From Ostrea edulis (Eukaryota): a stretch of 64,000 bases of DNA. Below the pieces are notes generated by a model that ran no database searches, was not told the DNA's origin, and saw only the letters and a program-made list of their open reading frames with translations. Location of the stretch: NCBI RefSeq assembly GCF_947568905.1, contig NC_079164.1:52948001-53012000 (forward strand), given 5' to 3'. Position numbers and translations under genes: made by a program. Of this stretch, positions 1 through 12,789 are shown piece by piece (the first letter of the stretch is position 1; each line of letters begins with the position of its first letter).

Positions 1-110
1 TCTTTCACCAAATCTCGGTGCAGTCCTTCATAATTCATGCATTCAGCTTCGTCTGGTTCTACCCATTAATGTGCATCTAGGTGACACTGTTGCTCGCTTC
101 AGATAAGTTC
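1..110. repeat. Dispersed repeat fragment, second copy at about 29778-29895
   Basis: cttcataattcatg...ttcagcttcg...gacactg...cgcttca(g/a)ataagt is shared with 29778-29895; family not identified. Confidence 0.55.
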
Positions 111-414
111 CTTGATTTTAAGCCAACGCTGTGTCAATATTTATGCTGCATTGCTTACCGTCTTGGTATGTAAATTCCATAATGACAACTATACTATTAA
201 ATTTTCCGTTCAAATGATGACTTCCATGGCACAATATTTTTTCTCCTTGAATTGAAGAGTTCCTATAGTCTGTTTTATTAAATTACTAATATATATTATA
301 TGTATTTCACTAATGATCCATGGATGACTTGACGGGTGGCATCTTCATGATAGTGACGAACCTACGTGGAAAGTCGTAGTAATACATTGATCAATCTCCC
401 GATGACATCTCTAT

Positions 415-830
415 CGACGCTGTCAAAGGCCTTTTAGGAGTGGACGAAGAAGGGGGTTTGCCACTCCAGGGACTGCTCGATTATGATCTGCATGCAGTGT
501 TGCAATGTGATTCGTGTATAATCGGTCTTCACGGAGGCCTGCTTTTTCATTGTGTTTGGTCGAGGGCGGTCTTCAGCCTCTTGAGGATGATCCTTGTCAA
601 AACTTTCCCTGGATGGTAGCATAATTCCCCTCCAGTTGTTGCAGGATGTCCGATGACATATCTCTTCACAAGGTGTCCTTTCTTCCAGTCTTCTGGTACT
701 ATCTCCTTGTGTAGGAGTGGGTGTAGCAAATTGGTTGAAGTTTGTCTTGAGTACTTATGGTGGTATTTCATCGGAACCTACTGCCTTATCCGACTTTAGT
801 GATTTGATAGCTTTAGTGATCTCTGCCTTG
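415..830 (-). mobile_element. RTE-clade LINE reverse transcriptase fragment (decayed)
   Basis: Minus-strand peptides VPEDWKKGHLVK, PGKVLTRIILKRLKTALD and IIIEQSLEWQTPFFV match RTE-type RT N-terminal motifs; frameshifted. Confidence 0.8.
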
Positions 831-868
831 GTTGGGGGGGGGGGGGGGGTGTTAGTGCTGATGTCAAG

Positions 869-1044
869 GATTGATTGATTGATGTTTTCCGCCACACTCA
901 ACAATTTGTCAGTTATTTGGTGGCGCCCAGATTTTACTGGTGGAAGAGAGAACCCATATACAATGTACCTGGGAAGAGACCACTGACCTTCCGAAAGTAA
1001 ACTGGGAAACTACTCACTTACCGATGCTCTAACCACTCGGCCAC
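869..1044 (-). mobile_element. tRNA-derived SINE, internally deleted copy of the 49095-49343 family
   Basis: Reverse complement aligns to 49095-49343 (gtggccgagtgg..agagcatcg head; aatcaatc tail); the B-box part is missing. Confidence 0.8.
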
Positions 1045-1129
1045 AGTACTTGGTAATCGTACTTATACTCTAACTGCCCAAAGATGAAATTCTTCAAAAC
1101 CATGCTTCAGTTTAGACATATTTAATATC

Positions 1130-1590
1130 CCAGTCAATGGGTCGGATGAACATGAGTTAGCATACCTATACTAGATTCGTATACTACATAGAAACCCTTA
1201 CATACATTGCTGGATCCAGTACGTGCTCTACCAAGACTCCACAGGGGTTTCAACAGTCTCGATTAAAGTAATCATTTCGCAAATTCTATGGTCGTTATAA
1301 CGATCTAGTTTGCCAATACAACCTATCATTGGGTCAAATGCTGTCTGACGTGCTACATACCGATTGTTAGACCGTTCTTGGTACACTAATTTTGACTACG
1401 GATAATTCCGTTTATCTGATCAAGATATAGGGCTCACGGAGGGTGTGACCGGTCAACAGGGGATGCTTACTCTTCCTAGGCACCTGGTCCCGCCTCTGGT
1501 GTGTCCAGGGATCCGTGTTTGCCCAACTATCTATTTTGTGTGAAGAGTTATGAGATTGATCACTGTTCGTTACCTAACCTTCATCTTTCA
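1130..1590 (+). mobile_element. Penelope-like (Naiad-type) retroelement 3' fragment with internal deletion
   Basis: 1130-1235 matches the reverse complement of 39290-39400 (LYWIPKLHK/YIAGSS region), then jumps to the RT C-terminus and 3' UTR shared with 38020-38350. Confidence 0.8.
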
Positions 1591-2896
1591 TGTTTCAAAA
1601 TATTGAATCCAAGGGCAATAACTCTGTTTTTATTAAATTATTCATCAAATCTATTATGCGATAGATTTCCCCTCTTTTTCACAAACATTTTGTATATTTT
1701 TTAAGGAAACAGTTTCATGAAACTGTTATGAATGTTATTATTCGTTATAACCAGATTTTCTGAAATTTTGATAATTTAATGCTGTTTAAGAAAAATTGCA
1801 ATTTTCTGACGTTAATAACAGGTATATGTGTGCTAATTGACAAAAATTCAATTTGTACCGCAACATACGTATTCTATCATTTTTATTAGTATTTATAGAT
1901 TACATGTAATTTTGGGTCATAATTTATTAACTACACCAATATGAAATATAAGTATTGACATAAAAGGGAAATGTGATTTTTCATTAGTCTGTCATAATCT
2001 GACTTTGATGTATATTCCCTACCCACATATATCAGAACCAAAGAAACTGCCCCCTGTCCCCTGTCCCCTGCCACCTCCATGTCTTCTATAATTAATTCTG
2101 GGTGTAGTAAGCAGTAAGCCACCTTAATCAAGCCCTGATTCTAATCATAATGCAAATGGAACACCTTTACATTACATTGTTAAAAAGAATGAGTAAATCT
2201 TCTTGTAGTTTTGCGTCACATGAATGCCATCAGATGTCTCTGATGCCATATGCTATTTTTCAAACGAGGCTGTCATTGTCGCGTGATAGGAATGCGGGTG
2301 GTTTCGTCCCGATTACATATTCGCACCGAGTGGTTTCGTCCCAATTCCAATGCAGATAACCTAAGGTAGAACATTGCCTTATAGTCGAGTGGTTTCGCCC
2401 CGATGTACTAATCGAGTGGTTTCGCCCCAATTTTGTAATGATATTTTATTTCTGTTTTTTACGGGTATTTCTTTAAAAAAAAAAACCCATTAATTTATAT
2501 CATTGGATTTTTAATCATATACTGTATTATTACATCCATAATAGAATAGATATACGTTTGGGATAGCATATATAGTAATCCAAGTTTTTGTATGACAATA
2601 TTGTTGAACGACCCTAGTAGATAATTTGCACTGCAGCTATCACTATCACTATTTTAAAAAATCACAAATCCTTCACTGATTTTGATATAAAGTTACCGGT
2701 ATTGCAATTCAATCGCAAACGTGTACTGTAGTGACCTTGTTTAGTGAAAAGAGAAGAATCAAATACAAGTTATCTTTTTATTGGTACACATGTTCTTTTA
2801 TCACATTTTCATACATATTTAACAATATAAATAATACACAACATATTTTAGTCAACATTCACTGTATCAGAGATCATATTGACATTTCACATCTCT

Positions 2897-3655
2897 TCAC
2901 ATCACATCTTTGGACACTGGGGCGTACACTGCTCCACATATGCGGAGAAAGTGTCCCGCGCTCACATCGCCAACATCGTATTTCTCCCATGCGGCATCTA
3001 GTTTCTTTTGCACAGTTGTCGTGCTCTTCCTCGCATTGCGACAGATGTTGTCGCTGTGGACTCTACTCTCCACCAGACGTGCGTCTTGCAGGAGGAGAGG
3101 GCAGAGGACGTAAAACCCGCATCCTCGGTGCCCCGCCTTTCCATTTATGCGATGATGCCAGCCTGAAATACAAATGATAAAAAAAATAAAATAAATAATA
3201 CAAAAAACAACCAAAAGGACAGTTGTGTATATTTAGCATCCTCTGGAAAAAAATGAAAGCAACAAAATAATAAACATTTTATTAGTACTTTCAACATCAT
3301 TGTTTGTCCTTACTGGCACACGATAGGCTGACCAAGCAGATGGTGGGAAGAGAGGATTCTTCATCCACTGTCTATCCATGTACCCAACCAATGATCGCAG
3401 TTCCTCAGTACTAGCCCGGCCAGTGAGGGTCTGGAACGCAGGTCCAATGTCTTGATGTGGTAAAAATGGAAGGGCCATTAGTTGTTTTAGGTACCGATGG
3501 GTTGCTTCTCTCCTCTTGTACGTCGGTGCAAGACCAAGGTCCTGAATCCGGTGCCAGAAGATTTGAAATGAAAGCGCTAAAGCTTTACTAAACGTCTTCG
3601 TGTTTAATTTTTAATTTTTACCTATACTTTTACTGATCATTGCGAAAAGTAACTA

Positions 3656-3739
<84 letters not shown>

Positions 3740-3997
3740 TACGTTATATTCTATACTATATGACATATATATTACATCAATTCTTGTAGATTCCAGAATA
3801 GGGAGAGCTATGGATTGTTCCATGGAACTCTCTTCAACTACGAAGGTTGGCTGGGTGCAGTCCCTACAATACCATTGCACGATCCCCTCTCCTCGCATAG
3901 TGGCCATGTACAATGACCGTGAGATGCTGGTCTCACACAGTCGATGCTGCCAGTGGTTGCATGTATCGCAGCAAAGGGCATGCTGTTTGGGTCGCAC
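2897..3997 (-). pseudogene. PHD finger plus MULE transposase C-terminal remnant, with intron 3163-3288
   Basis: CDTCNHWQHRLC...WYCRDC (PHD finger); IQDLGLAPTY...LMALPFLP; WSAYRVPVRTNNDVE; splicing a GT..AG intron at 3288-3163 joins to (S)WHHRINGK. Confidence 0.75.
3660..3739. repeat. Compound (TC)n(TA)n(TG)n microsatellite
   Basis: Seen directly. Confidence 0.95.
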
Positions 3998-4249
3998 CTA
4001 AATGAAATTGCATATAATTACAACTAGGGGTAAGTACTACCAGCTGTGTAGGAAATGGTTAAAAATTTTTGTACTTCTTATTGTGAAAAATATCTCGTTC
4101 GCACGACTTATTTTCTAAGGAAATTATGTCGTTCGCACTAGATATTAAGTACTGAAGTCAACTTCTGAATATCATAGACTTTGGTCAGTCAAGTATATAG
4201 AAGGTGCAAAGGGGAAAAAAAAAGAAAATAAATAAATAACTACATGGGA

Positions 4250-4346
4250 CAGGGTGCGTCCAGAGGTCCGTGTTTGCTCAACTATCTATTTTGTATTGCT
4301 TGTAGGAGTTATGAGATTGATCACTTTCCGTTATCTTCGCCTTTCA
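4250..4346 (+). mobile_element. Penelope-like (Naiad-type) 3' end fragment
   Basis: ggtccgtgtttgctcaactatctattttgtattg...gagattgatcact matches the 3' terminus of the other copies. Confidence 0.75.
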
Positions 4347-4868
4347 TGTACACATTTCAATACCTATCAAAATACGTTCCTTGATTTCTTTACAGTAATA
4401 GACTGATTGGTATTTAAAACTTACTGGGTTGTTTTTTTTTTAAATACGGAAATTATGTCGTTCGCACGACTTATTATCTCGTGCGAACGACATAATTTCC
4501 TTACAAAATAATAAGAAGTAAAAAAAATATATGCATGTCCTAAATATACCACCGTATAAATATACCATCATAGATAAACAAAAGTTTGGGGGGAAATAAA
4601 ACGCCTTAGTTAAAAAGACGGACGACGACGGACGCAGATCAATTGCAATATAGGTCATAATGAAGTTTGATAGCATGAATGAGACAAAAAATAATAGGTT
4701 TTATTGTGTATTTTTCAAGTTTGGTAAAGAAATGCATGATCTTCTAAAGTAGTGTCGCCAATCTATAGGATTCAACATCTAAGATAATATAACCTTTAAC
4801 TTTGTGCCTGAATATTAGAATGGTATCTTTACAACTTTAAAATGTAATCAAGATAGTGTCTTTGTATA

Positions 4869-4913
<45 letters not shown>

Positions 4914-5974
4914 TTTTTTGTTGACATTAACATTCATTTCATTTTGCCCCGTGTGATGTTTATGAAAGTATGGTAAATGACTGTGTGAACTTCTAAATCC
5001 TGATTAAGCTGGTTATTGTAGACGTCTTTGTGATTTCTTACATGAAATTTTAATGTTACAATATGAAGTGGTGAAAAAGCAATGAAATATTTAATTATTT
5101 CATTTCTGCTATCGCTTCTAACATTATCTTTAAAGAATCCCTTTTTAGAGAGCTTACATTCATAAAATAATATAACAATTTAACATATCTTAAAATTATA
5201 ACAATTTAACATATCTCAAAATTCACTTTCTTAAAATGATCAACTACTTTTACTACATTGCTGCTTTACGTTTATGCTATTAAATTGAATTCTTCAATTT
5301 GAGATTTATATAAATATACCTAAGATTAATAAAATCACATAATAGACACACTAATTTTATCTACATAATGCTAATTCTGTTTTATATGATAATTTTTACT
5401 TACTGATTTTCCACAATGAATATGCAACTTGCCATGGCAAAAATTCTTGGTATAATGATAGAAATGGACATAGTTTGGACGTCGGTAAATTAATATACTG
5501 TATACTCGTATTCATTAATTTCAATTCAATTGCTCATCATTTAAAGAGAGTATGCTCTGATCAATCGTCCCTACCACTGTTGCCGTATATAAACATCCAA
5601 AAATTGTTGGTATAATGATCAAAATGAACATACCTTGGGCGTCGGTAAATTAATAAATAGCATTCATCCCCTAATTTCAATTCAATTCAATTGCTCATCG
5701 TTAAAGGAGAGTATGCACTGATCAATCGTTCCGACCACAGTTGCTACCTACTTAATGGGGGCGAAACCACTCGGGACGAATCCACTTGGGTACAGGTAAA
5801 GGTACGAATCCACTCGGTGCGAATATGTAATCGGGACGAAACCACCCGACACCCGTGATAGTGTGGTGAGTTTTACAGGCCTGTGGCATGCGTTTAAAAA
5901 GCTTACATATTCTATATGAATTTGCCTCAGCGTCAAACGTTTTGCTGACTTCTTGCTCAGGAACCCGGATAATA

Positions 5975-5982
5975 TGACGTCA
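5975..5982. promoter_or_regulatory. Perfect CRE (TGACGTCA) about 100 bp upstream of the synaptobrevin start codon
   Basis: ATGACGTCAT 10-bp palindrome at 5974-5983; position suits a proximal promoter; function inferred. Confidence 0.45.
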
Positions 5983-6080
5983 TTGCCATTCAATCGCCAT
6001 TATCCATTATAATTTTTCATCGACTGGAGAATATCGGACTTAAAGAGATCCTTAATCTCTGCACTTATTCTTGAGATAAA

Positions 6081-6082
6081 AT
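6081..6082 (+). CDS. Syb: Synaptobrevin exon 1 coding part (AT of a split start codon)
   Basis: gataaaAT|gtaagt: consensus donor; exons 2 and 3 both begin with G, completing ATG. It is the best candidate I found upstream of exon 2. Confidence 0.65.
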
Positions 6083-6844
6083 GTAAGTCTTAGATGTTTG
6101 CCATTTTGTCTGATTCTGTCTTTGATATAGACATATGATACTAAATCACAGCGAAAGTACCGGATAAAGCACCTCTTTATCAACAGTGATCAATGCTACA
6201 GAGGCAAACTGTCCACTTCGCGTTGTGTCTTGCAGAATTCTCCATTTATAGTCCAAATGGATGCAGACTTCCAACCAGTGTAGACCTGGTCATTATTAGA
6301 ACTATCTACTTCGTCTTCCTAATTATCTAAATATCTTTTTAAAGGCCATAAGCGCTGTTTCCGGATTCTCATCATAACCCATGTACATATTGATTCCAGT
6401 GACTACCGCCTACCTGTCAGTGTCTGTGCAAATTTTGTGAAAAATAATTCAAAAGACAGTAGTAGTTTGAAAACACATTTGGACATATATAAGTCATCAA
6501 CATTGATTGCCTCAATATATTCATATTTTCAAGCTTACTGAGATTTCACTCATAACTCCTAATTCTTTCATGAGCTACCATTGCCTTAGATGTAGATAAG
6601 TAAAACTTTGTGATTTACAGTTCGCCAGCAAATAACAAATCTATTCCATCACAATTATCATTCCAATGATAATGAAACTACATTAATTTGTGTCATATTG
6701 AGGACAGGTTGTTGTGATAACCCAAGAGTGTATTGCTGATTGGTTGGACAATTATTAAAAATTGTTGTTAATCCGAGGCCAAATAGTAGTGCTGGGTATT
6801 GCGACTCGAAAATCGTATTGCTCTATATTGCAATATTGAATTTT

Positions 6845-6952
6845 GTACTTTTGAACAGTAAGTGCTTGAGCTTTGATATTTCACTTGAGTATTCCTTGTG
6901 ACAAGACCTTTCCATGGGTACCAACATGTTTGACACTGTGACCTTGACCTAC

Positions 6953-6992
<40 letters not shown>

Positions 6993-7265
6993 AAGTGCCA
7001 GAGCTTTGATATTTCACTATTTTTACATGTGACAAGACCTTTCTGTGGGTACTAAACCTTTTGACCTTGACATTTGACATACTTTTAAATAATTTGACAT
7101 TGGTCATAACTTCTAAGTGGTAAATATTAGAGCTTTCATACTGCACATGAGCATTTCTTATGACAAGATCTTTCTACTGGTACCAAGATATTGTCCTTGT
7201 GACCTTGGCCATCTTTGGAATTGACCATTATCGGGGACATTTGTGTTTCACAAACACATCTTGTT
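6845..7265 (+). mobile_element. Helentron-type non-autonomous element with a satellite-like core (resembles the oyster ~166-bp family)
   Basis: About two tandem units (cttttgaacagtaagtgc..gagctttgatatttcac..gacaagacctt..tgaccttgac); 3' hairpin tgtgtttcacaaacaca followed by tcttgtt. Confidence 0.7.
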
Positions 7266-7639
7266 AAACATTAAATCAGGGGCAGGTAACTTATGCAAGG
7301 AATTGAATATTGAACCTGAACTGGTATTTACAAAAAAATACCATGATATGTATTGCTAACAACATGAAGCGGATTCACCGGTAATATCACACAGCACTAC
7401 CAAATAGCTTATTATATTTAATTTTATCATAATTATGCATTGAGTAGGTAATTAGAGTTATTAGCATGTACGACTTGCGTCAATGTTTGCAACTGAATTG
7501 TTTGAGAATAAAGTAAACAGAGGAAAGTATCAGCTTGTGTTCAATCTGAATAGGTTGGAGAAAAATTAATCTTCATTTTACTTTTCACAAAGATCTGATA
7601 CAAAGGACTCATGAAATATTCATGAGACTTGCCAAATTT

Positions 7640-8030
7640 TTGTGGGACTCAAGCTGTTCATATACCACGAGTCTGGGACTTGCCTTGAAAAATCCCTTGT
7701 GACAACCCTGAGTTTGATAATTGGTGACTTGACCAAGGGTAGAAATTACTTTTTCTACCACAGGGTAATTTTAGCCTGTAGGTATAAAATCCACAGGCTA
7801 AAATGAAAACCTACAGGCTGAAATAAAAATAATGAAGCAGTGCTCTTTTTTATAGGTTTTTAAAATCGATGATTTTCCCCATGATTACTGAGCCTAATGG
7901 GTCTACAGGCATTGTTTGGATAAGTCTAGATCCAAAGTTATCCAATTTCATGCCACATCAGGGTTGTCACTATGGATTTTTCAAAGTGAATCCCGGACTT
8001 GTGGTTTAGAAGCAGCATGAGTCCCATGAA
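7640..8030. mobile_element. Degenerate foldback/MITE with ~75-bp inverted ends
   Basis: gggactcaagctg...aaaaatcccttgtgacaaccctga at 7644-7711 is inverted at about 7958-8030. Confidence 0.45.
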
Positions 8031-8689
8031 ATTTTTTAATTATCGTCTACATGGTCAGCACTGCACTCTTGTGTCATAACTACAACCCGACCTCAGTATG
8101 ACAACAAATTAACATAGATAGGATGTGTTGGAATGATTAATAATTGTTGTGAAGGAATATAGTTGTTGTTTGCCGATGATCTGTAAATAATAACAAACGA
8201 CGCTGCTTTCCATTTTGATAAAAATGGCTACCAGAATACTTGGTAAACATAGACTCCAATTGTTTTTTAGATTAATAAATAACAAAAATTGTCATACTTG
8301 GAATTCAATTTAATCATCCCTACAAGTGAACAGGACTCATGGCACATGTCTATATTTTTCACCATAATGTCATGTCGGACCTTTGAAGCATTTATTTGAC
8401 TCTTGAGTTTCTTAAAAACTTGTGAAAGAAAAATACGGATAGAAACAGTTGTTGAAATCGGTTGTTCATGTAAGCGTTCGTATGATTCTGAGTGCAAATT
8501 TAACAAAAGCGAATTGCGCATCACTGTTTAAAACGGATACGATCATGGTTTGTAAATCACCATTCGTTAAGATTTTCGAGTGTCCACTATTTTTACTCAC
8601 AATTTTTCAAATGCACTTGCATTTTGCGACTATTTCTAGCTAATTTCGAGCTCTTCAGGCTATCAAATGAAGCAACAAGGAAAGTACAA

Positions 8690-9319
8690 AGTTACATGAA
8701 AGCTTCCCGACATACTGCAGATTTAAGTTTGTTAAAATCATGGCCCTCGGGGGTAGGATGGGGCCACAATAGGAAATCAAAGTTTTACATACATATATAG
8801 AGGGAAAATCTTCTGAAGAATCACTGGGCCAGAAAAGTTTACATAATTTACAGATTCAAGTTTGTTAAAACCATGGTCCCCGAGGGTAGGGTGGGGCCAC
8901 TATAAGGAATAAAAGTTTTACATACAAATATATACAGAAAATCTTCTCAACAAGAACCACTGGGCCAGAAAAGTTTATATTTACGTGAAAGCTTCCTGAT
9001 TTAGCGCAGATTCAAATTTTTAAAAATCATGGCCCCCGGGAGTAGGAAGGGGCCACAATAGGGATGAAAAGTTTACATACAAATGTATAGGAAATTTTTT
9101 TTAAAATCTTCTTCTCAAGAACCAATGGAATAGAGAAGTTTACATTTACTTAAAAGCTTCCTGACATAGTGCAGATTCAAATTTGTAAAAATCAAGGCCC
9201 CTGGGGTTAGGTTGGGGCTACAATAAGGATCAGAATTTTACATGCGAATATGTAGGGAAAATCTTTAAATATGGGCCAAGGTGACTCAGGTTAGCGAAGT
9301 TGCCCATGGGCCTCTTGTT
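8690..9319 (+). mobile_element. HINE/pearl-like element, 5'-truncated
   Basis: Core units (aaagcttcctgacatagtgcagattcaa..atggccccc..gggccacaata) and 3' end ggtgactcagg..gcccatgggcctcttgtt match 28611-29411. Confidence 0.8.
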
Positions 9320-9572
9320 TGATTAGACCCCTCTAAAAAATGGGGATGTGTGAGTTGGATTCTGGATTCATGCATATACATGTAGTTGCACTCACTCTAA
9401 CAGTAGCACTGTCGATATATTAACTTCATACTATAACATGATATATCAAGATCTGAAATGATTGTTAGTCACAATTTAAAGCAGATCAGATGCATCAGTA
9501 GTATTGAAGTCAGTTTATAATTTTTTTTTAAAGTTAATGAAGTGTACAATTAAGTGATTGACTTCCATTAAG

Positions 9573-9620
9573 GTCTGCCCCTCCACAGAACCCCGTGGCC
9601 GGTCCAGGAGGGCCACCCAT
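9573..9620 (+). CDS. Syb: Synaptobrevin exon 2 (48 nt, phase 2-2): (M)SAPPQNPVAGPGGPP(M)
   Basis: ag|GTCTGCC...CCCAT|gtaagt; Pro/Gly-rich VAMP-type N-terminus; in frame with exon 3. Confidence 0.8.
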
Positions 9621-10795
9621 GTAAGTATGGCTTGGATACTCATGTGGTTCACCAAGGCACAATCATCAATTTGAATCTCATTACCACTTTACAGTGGTAT
9701 TCAGAAATGATAGACAATTTTTTATCAAAGAGAAATGACATCATTTACTCGCTAATTTCAAGGTTATGGGTACCAAGGTAGGCTACATGTATTTAGATAG
9801 CTGAATTGATTGAAAAGTTTCAAAGACATTTACGATATAGAAACAATGTGTTGTATTTCTAATTGTTCAATGGAGATAAGTAGAATGGTGGAACCACATG
9901 AGAATTTCTGTGGATATGTATGGAGACCTCTCTGGTTTACTTTAAACACTGCTTTCAGTTGATTTATGTGTACATGTACATTTGTATTTCTATTGTGGTC
10001 AATAAGTGTAGTGCATGTTTGTGATATGTTTTATTTGCTTTAGTTATAGTTCTAGGCATAGGCAGAAAAAAAATATGTAAATGAAATTCAATACATGTAG
10101 TAAAATTTTAAAAGATATTTTTTAAAATGATAATAAGAGTAAGTACTATATATTTCCTGAGGATATTGTGTTTTCATTACACAATTTGATTTGATTTCAT
10201 TCCTTTATCAGGTTTGTTGCACAGTACAAGGAATATGGGACTAGTCTTAGTGGTTATCTGTTATAGTGGATGACTTAACTACATATAATAGCTATATAGC
10301 TACTGTTGTTGAATGATGTATAATTTTTGTTTACATTGTTTTGATATTTTATGTTCTTTTGTTTTTTGGTGTATCTGGTAATGATATTTCTATATACTCG
10401 AATTGTTAACTTATATAATTTTAGGACTGTGTATGAATTAGGAAATTTTTGCCTCAATTTAATTTCATCCACATTTAAACATAAATTCCTCTTGTTTTGA
10501 TTTTGTCCAAAACCATTTGCTACATTAGAGTACTGGTTATGAGTACTTAGATTTGCCCATTTTAGGCTTGCCTTTTAATGATAAAGGTGATATGGTCAAA
10601 AAGAAAAGGGGGATACTTCTCTATATGCAGTATGTTTTATAATTTTCATAGTTGATTGTTATCTGTGTTACAAAGATTAAGTCATTATGGTTTACTAGAG
10701 GGGAAGAGTCTGTGTTACAGAGATATATCGTTCACTTAGAAGGGGAAAAGGTTTAGCATGTTTAGAGATATTGAGAATGTTTCTGTACATTGTAG

Positions 10796-10877
10796 GTCGA
10801 CAGCCGGAGGCCCAGGGGGGCCACAACCAGCCCAGCCTAGTAAGCGCTTACAGCAAACTCAGGCCCAGGTCGACGAG
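10796..10877 (+). CDS. Syb: Synaptobrevin exon 3: STAGGPGGPQPAQPSKRLQQTQAQVDE
   Basis: tgtag|G...GAG|gtttgt; KRLQQTQAQVDE is the synaptobrevin signature. Confidence 0.97.
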
Positions 10878-12289
10878 GTTTGTGAAATCAAAAATATATG
10901 GACTACATTGTATGTATAGTGCTATAGTCTTTCCAAATTTAGTCCTAAACAATGCTTTTATGATGCATTTATATCCTGCAAAGTTGAGCAGAAACTTTCA
11001 TACAAAGTAGGGAATAAAAATTGTTTGGAATTATTATTAGTTCACTTGAGTTTTTCAACTTACAGTTCTGTCTAAGTCAAACTGACATGGTTCTTTTATA
11101 CCAATTTTAACCTCTAAATGTATAGTCCGTATGGTGTGTGTTTGTCTTTGTAGAATGCAAATACTGTACACCAACCAAATGGCTGAACTCTGATGTTGCA
11201 TTAAATGAATAAGTTCCAAAAGAAATAGAAATTATTTAACAGTTTTTGTAAATGCTTCAATGGAGAAATAATGGTTGTAAACCAATGGGGAAATAATGGT
11301 TGTAAACTTTTTATTAAGCATCAATAGAGGGTTTGCCAAATCTAAAGATTACTTGTGACCTTAAAGCAAAGAAAAAGGAGTGTTCTATTTCTTTAAAATT
11401 TAGCAGTGTTTTGACATTTTCATTAATTAGATGATAAAGCATTAGTGTTGAGCTGATTAACAAATGTTTTTCTGATCATGAACTGTGATAAGGCAGCATT
11501 TTCCCCCTTTTATAACTGTTATTGATAAATGGAACCATTCCCAATGCCAAATGCTATTGACAAACTGCTACGTCTTCATTTTTTGAGGCTCGTAATTCGC
11601 TCTGTATGAACCATACGAGTTAACTAATTTAAAAGTAGAAAATAGTGGTCAATTTTGTAAAACTGTAAACAATGAATACTTATTTATTCCTTAAAATATA
11701 GTGTATTCAGTGCAGATGCCATTTGTTGACATGAACATTTCCAATTCATTCAGTTTTGATGCTATTTTTCCCAATGGAATGGGTATGGTACCATTTCCAT
11801 ATGGTAGGAGGAAAAAAAACTGTAAGGACAAACATTTTTCTAACATAACTTATGATGATGACATATTGCAGAGTGTTGGAAACTGGGCTAAATGCATGTA
11901 AAAGAAATTAAGCCAGTCTAACTTTGGCAGAACCTTAAAATGTAGCTTTAGTGAGCAGTTGTATATAAAGTTTGTCAGTCATCTGTTAACTTTCCCCCTT
12001 TTTAACTTTCCCTCTAGAACCAAGCTGCCAAAAAAGAATTGGGGGGGGGGGGGGGGGTATGGATTTACTGTAAACCAACTTTTATATGCATGTGATAATA
12101 TTCATGAGATCCATGTGCAACTTTGAGTTGCAAATATTTATTACTGCTGACCCATTGTTCAGAGTAGTATAAATTTAACAAGATGTATTACTCAAATTGA
12201 CTGTTTGGAATGTAGATATGCTTAAGTAAAAATAAATGCAAGTTTCAAGATAAATAGGGCCTAGTTTGAAATTATATTTTCAATTCTTT

Positions 12290-12490
12290 TTAGTCCCCTA
12301 CTGACGAAATCGAAGGATTTTACATTTGCACTCCATCTCTGTCCATCCATCAGTCCAGCAAATCAGTTTTCCGCACTTTTTTCTCTCTGTTTAACAAGTT
12401 ACAGATCAAGTTCGAATTTTGTCATGGTTCATTGATTTTTCATCAAGTTATGGCCCTTTGACTTAGAAAAAAAGTATGAATTATCAGTTT
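12290..12490 (+). mobile_element. HINE-like fragment
   Basis: ttttagtcccct start, gtccatccatc microsatellite-like tract, and a core with caagttcgaattttgtcatgg. Confidence 0.5.
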
Positions 12491-12789
12491 GTAACTCAAC
12501 AAATGACATTCAAATTTTTGCTGACCATTAGAAGTACCACTCCCTCCCCCACCACCACCACCACCATTTGCTGCTTTTCGACATTAAATGATAGAATAGA
12601 TGGCATAGGGATGGTTACCAAACAGAACCCCAGATTTAAATGATTGATTGATTGGATTGAGTTTTACTTCCCATCTTTGAGTATCTTTTACTCATGAATA
12701 AAGAGATGTCACCATCTTTAGGCGAAGTACTAGAAATTGAAGCTAGGCACTCTTAGAAAAGTTGTTATTTTAAATATATATTTGAATAG

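Larger units (their letters stand above)
2290..5853 (-). mobile_element. Mutator-like (MULE) DNA transposon, internally deleted
   Basis: Inverted ends cgggtggtttcgtcccgattacatattcgcaccgagtgg with subterminal gagtggtttcgcccc repeats; 8-bp direct repeat CGTGATAG at 2282-2289 and 5854-5861; internal PHD finger and MULE transposase remnants. Confidence 0.8.

Noticed and set aside
10211-10265. Extra synaptobrevin exon after a good acceptor (tttatcag)
   Set aside because: No convincing donor before the in-frame stop.
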